Origin: Synechococcus sp. A15-28
GTDB lineage: Bacteria; Cyanobacteriota; Cyanobacteriia; PCC-6307; Cyanobiaceae
DNA: 32,000 nucleotides
Direction of reading: 5' to 3'
Assembly (NCBI RefSeq): GCF_014280175.1
Contig: NZ_CP047931.1
Span: forward strand, 150,001-182,000
The translations under genes were made by a program, and so were the position numbers. This document shows, one piece after another, positions 22,628 to 29,881 of the stretch (its first letter is position 1; each line of letters opens with the position of its first letter). The notes beneath the pieces are model-generated. The model was not told the DNA's origin. It ran no database searches and saw only the letters and a list, made by a program, of their open reading frames with translations.

Positions 22628-24250
22628 ATGACTCACTCACTTTCAGACAGTCGATTTAGAAGTGAACTAAAAAAAGCTGTTCGGTTCCTAAAAGATGGAA
22701 ATTTGCATGAAGCTGAAGTGATTCTTCGTGAATTGGCTAGTACGTATAGTCAAAATATTGGTGTTATTGGTAATTTGGCTTGTATTTATATTGAGCTTGC
22801 TAAATATAAAAATGCAATCAGGCTTCTAGAGCATGCTCTAGCATTAAATCCAAATTCTCCAAAGCTAAATTACAATATTGGACTTGCTTTACTTTGCTCT
22901 AAGCAATACAGACAAGCAATACATTATTTGCAGAGGGCTAGGAATTTTTCCCCACAAAATGCCGACGTTTTGAATAATCTTGGGTTGGCTTTTCAGAAGA
23001 ATAATCAACTAAAAGAATCTATTCATTGCTTTAGAGATTCTCTCGAAGTTCGAGCAAGCAATTCTGAAGCACATAATAACTTAGGGGTTTCGTGGTTGAT
23101 TCTTGGTGAATATAGTAAGGCTTTTGCATCATTTAAGACTGCTCTGAAATTCGATAAACTCTCTGTTCAGTCTTGGTCTAACCTTGGTATCGCTTTGAAG
23201 TATCAGGGTAAATTTCAATATTCAATATATGCTTTACGTCATGCTTTGAAATTATTTCCTCATTCACATGAACTGCATTATAATTATGCACTATCACTAT
23301 TTAGTGCTGGTAATTATAGGGAAGCTTGGCAGCATTTTGCTTGGAGGGACGAATTAATTGAAAGGCCTGATTTGATGCAAAAGACCTTTTTTCATTATGA
23401 TAAATTAATTCCTTCTGATTCCTCTATATGCATCTTTTCTGAGCAAGGGCTTGGTGATACCCTTCAATTCTCACGCTACTTTTTGCTCGCATCAAAAACG
23501 TTTAGTGAGATATCCTTTTGTATACCACCTAAGCTTTCATCTCTACTAAAATATTCTGGATTTCCTAGATTGGTTCACAATACTAATACGTTGCCATCTT
23601 CTTTCTATACATATAAATTATTAGACTTGCCTTCATATTATGGGGCTTCTCCATCAAATGCAATTATTTCTTCGAAATACCTAAAAACTCCTCATCATCT
23701 TGTGGATAAGTGGAGATCAAAATTTGCAAAAGCTGGAATTGTTAACCCTATTATTGGCATAAATTGGTCTGGCAATAGACTAGATCTTCGTAAAAAGGGT
23801 CGCGATTTTCCAGCCCAAAATCTTATTGAACATTGCAGTTTGATTGGCCTGCATTTAGTATTTCTTCAACGTGTTCAAGATGAGGATTTTACAAGGTATA
23901 GACCACTTCCTTCTCAGCCTGAGCTCAAATTAATTCAAGAGGAAATTTATCGTTTAGCTGATTCAGACTGTCCAGACGATTTTCTAGAATATGCATCAGT
24001 TGTATGTAGTTGCGATTTGATTATAACTTCTGCTACTACCTTATGTCATCTAGCAGGTGGATTAGGAGTGCCTACTTGGACCTTACTGCAGAAAGTTCCC
24101 GATTGGCGCTGGGGGGCTGAAGAATATCAAACAGGCTGGTATGAATCTATGCGTTTATTTCGTCAAAGATCTGATGGGGATTGGGCAAGTGTAATTGAGG
24201 ACATTAAGCTTGAACTAAGTATCAAGTATTTTCTTGGTATTGGTGTTTAA
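22628..24250 (+). CDS. TPR-repeat protein with C-terminal GT9/heptosyltransferase-like domain
   Basis: 540 aa ORF; about seven TPR-like units in the N-terminal half (e.g. ADVLNNLGLAFQKNNQLKESIHCFRDSLEV); C-terminal SEQGLGDTLQFSRY, PIIGINWSGN, CDLIITSATTLCHLAGGLGVPTWTLL. Confidence 0.85.
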   Translation: MTHSLSDSRFRSELKKAVRFLKDGNLHEAEVILRELASTYSQNIGVIGNLACIYIELAKYKNAIRLLEHALALNPNSPKLNYNIGLALLCSKQYRQAIHYLQRARNFSPQNADVLNNLGLAFQKNNQLKESIHCFRDSLEVRASNSEAHNNLGVSWLILGEYSKAFASFKTALKFDKLSVQSWSNLGIALKYQGKFQYSIYALRHALKLFPHSHELHYNYALSLFSAGNYREAWQHFAWRDELIERPDLMQKTFFHYDKLIPSDSSICIFSEQGLGDTLQFSRYFLLASKTFSEISFCIPPKLSSLLKYSGFPRLVHNTNTLPSSFYTYKLLDLPSYYGASPSNAIISSKYLKTPHHLVDKWRSKFAKAGIVNPIIGINWSGNRLDLRKKGRDFPAQNLIEHCSLIGLHLVFLQRVQDEDFTRYRPLPSQPELKLIQEEIYRLADSDCPDDFLEYASVVCSCDLIITSATTLCHLAGGLGVPTWTLLQKVPDWRWGAEEYQTGWYESMRLFRQRSDGDWASVIEDIKLELSIKYFLGIGV

Positions 24251-24519
24251 GTATCAAGAAGATTCTTGTTATATTTTTATTCGATTCTAGATTAGTGGTA
24301 TATTGATTTTGGTTTTTTGGTTAATCCTGATCCCTAATCAGTAAACACATCGTTGTACATGGCGCCTACCTTGAACGTACTTGCAAGTGTTATTTGAAAT
24401 AAATCGTCATTAACGTGTACCCTTTTGTGAGTATTTTATTAATCAATTAAATCTTGTCTGTTTTGCTGGGGCGGCTTGTTGTTTACGCTTCATGGATATA
24501 CGAATAGACATATATTAAT

Positions 24520-25734
24520 TCATTTGCTAATCCCAGTCATTCCTGGATATGAACTAAAGCTAATAATCTTTTGAATTCCACTGTATCTCTTTCCGCTCGG
24601 CAAGTGAGTAATTGATTCGTTTCCGAATTCATGATAAATCTTGCTAACCGCATTGGAAAAAGTTGATTCAGAGTCTTTCATGTATTGAATTGATTTTAAG
24701 TATCCATTAAAAGCAATTTCCATAGATTGCTGGTCATTTCTACTGCACCATTCTACTATATCTTCTATATTTGAGAAATCTTTTTTGACTGGTATATAAT
24801 CTCGCCAGGGTTTCATATACATATCAATGCATAGGAGATTTTCATTATCTTCTTCTCTTAATACTAGGCTGCCTTGTAAATGCCGAAAAATAGTTCCCCA
24901 TGCCCTTACAGATCCTTTGATGTCAGGGAAATATTTATAGCCAAAGAACTCCTTATTGCTTATTTCTTTTGCAGTGATTTTATGTATTTTGCCCGAGATA
25001 TTTTCGATATTGTGGGTATTTCGTGTTATTTTCATGTCAATATTCTTTTTGCCTTGATGTATGAGGCATAAATGTGTTCTTAAGTTAGCTTTCATTCCGC
25101 CTGCGCTTCTGTATATGTTGGGGCCGTTTGCGCCTCCTCTCCAAAAAAGTATGCTTTTCTTTTCCCTCCAGATTTTTTTATGAATTACTCGCATTCTACC
25201 GATATTAGAGGGATTAGTCATATATTCGAAAAGTTCACTGTTAAGTTCTTTGTATGCTATTAGAAGTCTTGCGTCGTATTCTGTGGGTATGAGAAAATTT
25301 TGATCGCCGCCTGAGTTATGTGAGATGTCTGATGTTAGTGCTGGACTCCAAGAGCAGTGATCATTTGTATTTATTGGTATCAGGCAATTTTCTAAGTCTT
25401 CTCTTTTTAAAAACTCTGCGATCGCTTTCCTGTACGCGCAAAGAATCCACTCGCCTCGATTGTGCATTGTTAGTTTATTGATATAGATATTTTTTCTGCT
25501 TTTGCAAAGTCCTCTTTTTGGTATATTGATTATATTGAGGTTGTAATTTCCGGAGGTTTTTTTTTGGAATGCTAAGGCAAGCATCGAATGGCCTAGTGTT
25601 TCTTCGCAATTAATTGGAAGTCCTAAGCAATAGTCTTCAATTAATATATTTTTGGCCAACTTTTTCCCGATATTTTCATAAATAATCTGAGATGGCGTTT
25701 TTGCTATATCCTGAGGTATTTCGAAAATGTTCAT
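24520..25734 (-). CDS. Putative CAP10/GT90-type glycosyltransferase
   Basis: 404 aa ORF; SILFWRGGANGPNIYRSA, KYFPDIKGSVRAWGTIFRHLQGSLVLREE, CIDMYMKPWRDYIPVKKDFSNIEDIVEWC match the CAP10 pattern. Confidence 0.72.
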   Translation of the reverse strand: MNIFEIPQDIAKTPSQIIYENIGKKLAKNILIEDYCLGLPINCEETLGHSMLALAFQKKTSGNYNLNIINIPKRGLCKSRKNIYINKLTMHNRGEWILCAYRKAIAEFLKREDLENCLIPINTNDHCSWSPALTSDISHNSGGDQNFLIPTEYDARLLIAYKELNSELFEYMTNPSNIGRMRVIHKKIWREKKSILFWRGGANGPNIYRSAGGMKANLRTHLCLIHQGKKNIDMKITRNTHNIENISGKIHKITAKEISNKEFFGYKYFPDIKGSVRAWGTIFRHLQGSLVLREEDNENLLCIDMYMKPWRDYIPVKKDFSNIEDIVEWCSRNDQQSMEIAFNGYLKSIQYMKDSESTFSNAVSKIYHEFGNESITHLPSGKRYSGIQKIISFSSYPGMTGISK

Positions 25735-25979
25735 CTTTTTTTATGGTAACAAGTTAAATTTACACTGCTTATGGTTCTCATGCAATTGCCGTTTGTCGAT
25801 TTGGGTATGACTGCGATATTTCACAGCATCTACAGGCGGTTATGTGTTGTGTTGGGATTTTGACGTTGGTCTATGACCAAGACACTTGCTTTGATTTCGC
25901 TTTTTGGCTCGTGCCTCGCGTTCGAGCGTTTAGGTTGACTTGCATTTTTAGTTATATTTGATTAATTACAATGAAATTG

Positions 25980-26513
25980 TTAAAGATCTAGTAGCCCACG
26001 TGGTGGCGTAAGCAGAATCCATCCCTCTTCTTGTCGCACCTCTGGCACGATTGCCTCCACAAAAGGAATCAGCAGCTTGCGGCCCCCCGATGTGGTGATT
26101 TCCAGCAGGTCGTTGCCGCCGCTGATCAAATCGCTCACGGTGCCAACTGCAGGTCCATTAGCCGTGAGCCGTGCCTCCAGGCCCAGTAGATCGAGCAGGT
26201 GAAATTCCCCCTCTTCCAATTCGGGACGGTCATCCTCTGACACCAGCAGTTCATGGCCCACAAGGGTTTCGGCGGCGCTGCGGCTGTCAATTCCTTCAAG
26301 CCGCACCACAAACAGCGACTTGCCGGGTAGTTGCCGGCCCTTCTTGAGTTGGATCTCCGTCGGCGCAGCCCCCGTACGACTGCGCAGCCAGCGGGGTCCC
26401 GGCTCCGTGAATCGCTCGGGGAAATCACTGGCGGGATTGACCCGAAGTTCCCCTTGCAGCCCTTGGACCCCCACGATCTTGCCGACGCTTAGCCATTCAT
26501 TGCTCTCCGTCAT
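25980..26513 (-). CDS. rimM: 16S rRNA processing protein RimM
   Basis: Likely start [35 protein letters not shown]; C-terminal [31 protein letters not shown]. The ORF-track start (26627) would overlap the divergent ndhS. Confidence 0.93.
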   Translation of the reverse strand: MTESNEWLSVGKIVGVQGLQGELRVNPASDFPERFTEPGPRWLRSRTGAAPTEIQLKKGRQLPGKSLFVVRLEGIDSRSAAETLVGHELLVSEDDRPELEEGEFHLLDLLGLEARLTANGPAVGTVSDLISGGNDLLEITTSGGRKLLIPFVEAIVPEVRQEEGWILLTPPRGLLDL

Positions 26514-26568
26514 GCCATCAGCCGCGCACTCTGTCGATAATGGCGCCAGATCCGCCCACGAACGAGCT

Positions 26569-26754
26569 ATGGCGCCTGCAACCGCTCCGATCCTCCCCGG
26601 CTCCACCGTTAACGTCTCGGATGTCAACTCGATCTACAACGGTTACACCGGCTTCGTGCAGCGAATCAGCGGCGACCGTGCGGCAGTTTTGTTTGAAGGC
26701 GGCAACTGGGACAAATTGGTGACCCTGCGGCTGAAGGACCTCCAGCTGGCCTGA
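26569..26754 (+). CDS. ndhS: NAD(P)H-quinone oxidoreductase subunit S (NdhS, formerly DUF3252)
   Basis: 61 aa [61 protein letters not shown]; ILPG and YxGYTGxVQR...[18 protein letters not shown] are family hallmarks. Confidence 0.85.
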   Translation: MAPATAPILPGSTVNVSDVNSIYNGYTGFVQRISGDRAAVLFEGGNWDKLVTLRLKDLQLA

Positions 26755-26758
26755 GGCG

Positions 26759-27583
26759 ATGGACAAGGACCGAAGCCTGCGACAACGGCTCCAGGCCACG
26801 GTGCTGGAAGCCAGCACCGTGGCGGGCAAGACCTACAACGTTGCCATTTTCGGGGCGATTCTGCTGAGTGTTCTGGCTCTGCTGCTGGAACCCGACCCCC
26901 TGGGCAATTCAGCCCTGCGCCAAACCAATGTGCCCTGGATCGATCTGGTTCAGAACGTTTGCTTGGCGGTGTTTGCAGCGGATTTCGTCCTTCATCTGGC
27001 CTTGGTGGAGAGGCCTCGCCGTTACCTGTTCAGCTTCACCGGACTGATTGACGCCTCGGCGGTGCTCTTTTTCTTCGTGCCCCAGGTGCGCAGCGAGTTG
27101 TTGCTGTGGGTGTTCAAGTTCGGCCGCATCCTGCGGGTGTTCAAGCTGCTGAAGTTCATTGATGAAGCTCGGGTGCTCGGTCAAGCTCTGCGGGGCAGTG
27201 CGCGCACCATCTGCGTCTATCTGTTTTTCGTCTTTCTGCTGCAGGTGGTGCTGGGGTACTTCATCTTCGTGATCGAGAGCTCAAACCCTGAGTCCCAGTT
27301 CCAGACGGTGTCCAACGGGGTGTATTGGGCCATCGTCACGATGACGACCGTTGGCTACGGCGATCTTGTCCCTCAGACGGCTCTGGGGCGTTTGCTGGCC
27401 TCCATCGTGATGATGCTCGGCTTCGGAATCATTGCGATCCCCACGGGGTTGCTCACGGTGTCGGGCGTCCGTCACCAGAAGAAGCAGCGGGGACCAATCT
27501 GCTCCAGCTGCGGCCGCCAGGGTCATCGCGATGATGCGCTCCATTGCGATCAATGCGGGGCGTCCCTCCCCGCCAGGGTCTGA
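26759..27583 (+). CDS. Ion transporter / voltage-gated-type potassium channel with C-terminal zinc ribbon
   Basis: 274 aa ORF; WAIVTMTTVGYGDLVPQTALGRLLA selectivity filter, FKFGRILRVFKLLKF S4-like helix, C-terminal CSSCGRQGHRDDALHCDQCG. Confidence 0.88.
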   Translation: MDKDRSLRQRLQATVLEASTVAGKTYNVAIFGAILLSVLALLLEPDPLGNSALRQTNVPWIDLVQNVCLAVFAADFVLHLALVERPRRYLFSFTGLIDASAVLFFFVPQVRSELLLWVFKFGRILRVFKLLKFIDEARVLGQALRGSARTICVYLFFVFLLQVVLGYFIFVIESSNPESQFQTVSNGVYWAIVTMTTVGYGDLVPQTALGRLLASIVMMLGFGIIAIPTGLLTVSGVRHQKKQRGPICSSCGRQGHRDDALHCDQCGASLPARV

Positions 27584-28269
27584 ATCGCTGCTGCTGCAGC
27601 ATTTTGCTCGGCCTCCTTGCGCGAGCCCCCGTGGCCTTCGGCCAACACCTGGTCCGCGACGTGCACTCTGCTGTGGAATCGCTGCGGATCGCCATGCCGT
27701 CGACTCCGTTCTTCGGTGCGGTAGTCCGGCAAGCCCAGCCCCTGACCCTGGCTCCATTCCTGCAGGGCGGTTTTGCCATTGAAGCGATGGGGGGCCTCCA
27801 GCACCGCCGCAGTGGTGGCTTGCCAGTGGGGAGCGAGCCAGTCAATGATCGGCTCCAGGCTGCCGCTGGAGCTGTAGATCGCCCCGATCAGTGCTTCGGT
27901 GGCATCGGCGCGAATCGTCTCACGAGCCGCGGCATCACCCAGCGCTTTCGGACCAAGGATCAGGCAGGATTCGATTTGAATCTGATCCCCCAGCTCGGCC
28001 AGCCAGCGGTCACTCACCAGTTGCGCGCGAAGGCTGGAGCTTTCGCCCACCGTCAGTTCGGGATAGTGCTGATCGAGATACAGCGTTGCCGCTAGCCGCA
28101 GCACGGCATCCCCTAGAAACTCAAGCCGCTCGTTGTGGTCGGCCCGTCCACTCGAGACATGGGTCATGGCGCGTTCCAGCTCGATCAGGAGGGTCGGGTG
28201 ATCCACGGCCTCAACAAGGCCCAGTCGCCTGATCAGGCTCTGCAGTGAGTCGCGACGCGCTTGGTCCAC
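27550..28269 (-). CDS. rnc: Ribonuclease III
   Basis: 239 aa ORF; NERLEFLGDAVLRL RNase III signature, DATEALIGAIY, NGKTALQEWSQ, GSRKEAEQNAAAAAIQTL dsRBD. Confidence 0.95.
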   Translation of the reverse strand: MDQARRDSLQSLIRRLGLVEAVDHPTLLIELERAMTHVSSGRADHNERLEFLGDAVLRLAATLYLDQHYPELTVGESSSLRAQLVSDRWLAELGDQIQIESCLILGPKALGDAAARETIRADATEALIGAIYSSSGSLEPIIDWLAPHWQATTAAVLEAPHRFNGKTALQEWSQGQGLGLPDYRTEERSRRHGDPQRFHSRVHVADQVLAEGHGGSRKEAEQNAAAAAIQTLAGRDAPH

Positions 28270-28278
28270 GAAATTAGG

Positions 28279-28665
28279 GGTGAAAGCAGGACATAAGCCG
28301 GGTTCTGTTCACTCCTCCGAAGAGGGTGGGTGGCTATCTATCTGGGACCGCCGTTACCGACGGCCTCGAGCGGCGCGTTAAAGCGGAACGGGGCCAATGG
28401 CCAGCCGTCGTTCCTTGGCCTTGCTCCCAGCCGGGGTTTACCGAGCCAGCACCTCTCGATGCTGCTGGTGCGCTCTTACCGCACCTTTGCACCCTTGCCT
28501 GTGCCTGGGGAATCCCCACGGGGCCATCGGCGGTGTGTTTCTGTGGCACTCTCCTCACGGTCACCCGCACTGGGCGTTACCCAGCAAGCCTGGCCATCAG
28601 GGAGCCCGGACTTTCCTCAGCCGACACTCAAAGAGATCGGCCGCAACCACCTCGCCTGCTTTCAG
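28279..28665 (-). ncRNA. rnpB: RNase P RNA (bacterial type A), ends approximate
   Basis: Minus strand carries GAGGAAAGTCCGGGCTCC near the 5' end and ACAGAACCCGGCTTATGTCC near the 3' end; terminal P1 stem GAAAGCAGG/CCTGCTTTC is perfectly complementary. Confidence 0.95.
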
Positions 28666-28703
28666 CCCACATCATGCCTCGGGGGCATAATCAGGGCAGA
28701 TCG

Positions 28704-28777
<74 letters not shown>

Positions 28778-28860
28778 TCAGGAGCGCCGAGATCGGTAGT
28801 GGACGCTACATCTGGTGGGGTGGGCAGATTGTTCTCCACCGCTAGGGTTGCATCAACCGG

Positions 28861-29196
28861 GTGGGTGCCATGACCCAGCTTCACGACCTCCGACTGCGGC
28901 TTCTTGTGCAGCAGGAAAGCGAGCGCATTGCGGACACCCAACCCACGGATCTCGACCTGTCTGTGGTGCAGGCCCGATGCCTGTGCTGGTTGGCTCTGCT
29001 GGCTGAGGCCCATGAAGATCAAGCCGGTGATGCCGAGCGCCGTGGGGACACCGAGCAGGCCATGGGCTGGTTTGCTGACTCCATGCGCCTCCGGGATGTG
29101 ATCGGTGTCGTGTCTTCGATTGAGATTCCTCTTCCAGGAACCATTGAGGACGACGACAAGAGTGCCGAAGACGACCGCGGACCCCTCGCGGCCTGA
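28861..29196 (+). CDS. Small conserved-looking hypothetical protein
   Basis: GTG-start ORF (MGAMTQLHDLRLRLLVQQESERIADTQ...), alternative ATG at 28870; GC-rich coding-like composition. Confidence 0.55.
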   Translation: MGAMTQLHDLRLRLLVQQESERIADTQPTDLDLSVVQARCLCWLALLAEAHEDQAGDAERRGDTEQAMGWFADSMRLRDVIGVVSSIEIPLPGTIEDDDKSAEDDRGPLAA

Positions 29197-29233
29197 TGGG
29201 TGGCGTAGTGTGAATTGAGATCGAGGGACTGCG

Positions 29234-29698
29234 GTGCCGGAAGAGCCCTGTCAATGTCCGGACTGTCAACGGTTCTACCGGGAGCATGACCGGTTGATTC
29301 GTGAGTTCCCAACCCTGCGTCAACAGCAGGAATTGAACTGGGCTGCTCTCCAGTCCTTCCGGACGCTGTCTGGTCGGGTGCTGGAAGATCTGCAGAAACA
29401 CCAGAGCTCGCGTCAGCAGCAGGATCAGGTTCCGTCCAACGCCATGGCACAGCCGGCGTCTGCAGAAGAGTCCAGCGATGGCCTCCAGCAGGCCATGGCG
29501 GATCTCGAGAACATCAATGCGCATCTCTTCTCGATTGAAGCCCTGATGGAGCGCGTGTTTGACGTGCGCGTCCCCGAGGAGATCGAACAGAAATTTCGAG
29601 AGCTTGCCGGCGAACTGGCTCCCGACCCCCTCAACGTTGATCGCCTGCGGTTGAACCGCCTGCTGCACCAGACGCCGGATTTACCCGACCGCAGCTGA
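29234..29698 (+). CDS. Hypothetical protein with N-terminal CxCPDC motif and helical C-terminus
   Basis: 154 aa, GTG start: MPEEPCQCPDCQRFYREHDRLIREFPTLRQQQELNW...; same strand as preceding small ORF. Confidence 0.6.
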   Translation: MPEEPCQCPDCQRFYREHDRLIREFPTLRQQQELNWAALQSFRTLSGRVLEDLQKHQSSRQQQDQVPSNAMAQPASAEESSDGLQQAMADLENINAHLFSIEALMERVFDVRVPEEIEQKFRELAGELAPDPLNVDRLRLNRLLHQTPDLPDRS

Positions 29699-29702
29699 AG
29701 CA

Positions 29703-29881
29703 GGCGTATCGCTGTGACGCTTACAGCGGCGAGCGATCATGCCCTCCTCATCCGCCGCCATGCACAACACGGTGACCGATCAGGCTCACCCTCCGTGCCA
29801 AGGGGAGGCTCTGGTGAAGTCCACCAGAGCCGCCTTGAGGCTGGAGCTGCCCAGGTTGATCACCAGGGACAGATCGCTCAT
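29703..29881 (-). pseudogene. ackA: Probable acetate kinase (ackA) relic: N-terminal, middle and C-terminal motifs, frameshifted, with large internal deletions
   Basis: Minus strand: ATG at 29881 overlaps glgP TGA; MSDLSLVINLGSSSLKAALVDF (AckA NxGSSSLK motif), then in another frame LIGHRVVHGG (29783-29754), then DEEGMIARRC (29752-29723) in a third frame resembling the AckA C-terminal EExxIA segment. Confidence 0.72.

Noticed and set aside
25866-25880. TTGGTC-TAT-GACCAA inverted repeat
   Set aside because: Perfect but only 6 bp and isolated in a gap; insufficient to claim a regulatory site.
26320-26754. 144 aa ORF as given in the track
   Set aside because: Only the C-terminal 61 aa matches NdhS; the extended N-terminus overlaps divergent rimM and is spurious.
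28853-29668. 271 aa minus-strand ORF
   Set aside because: Antisense to two small plus-strand ORFs; Pro/His/Arg-rich translation without motifs. I prefer the plus-strand reading but with moderate confidence.
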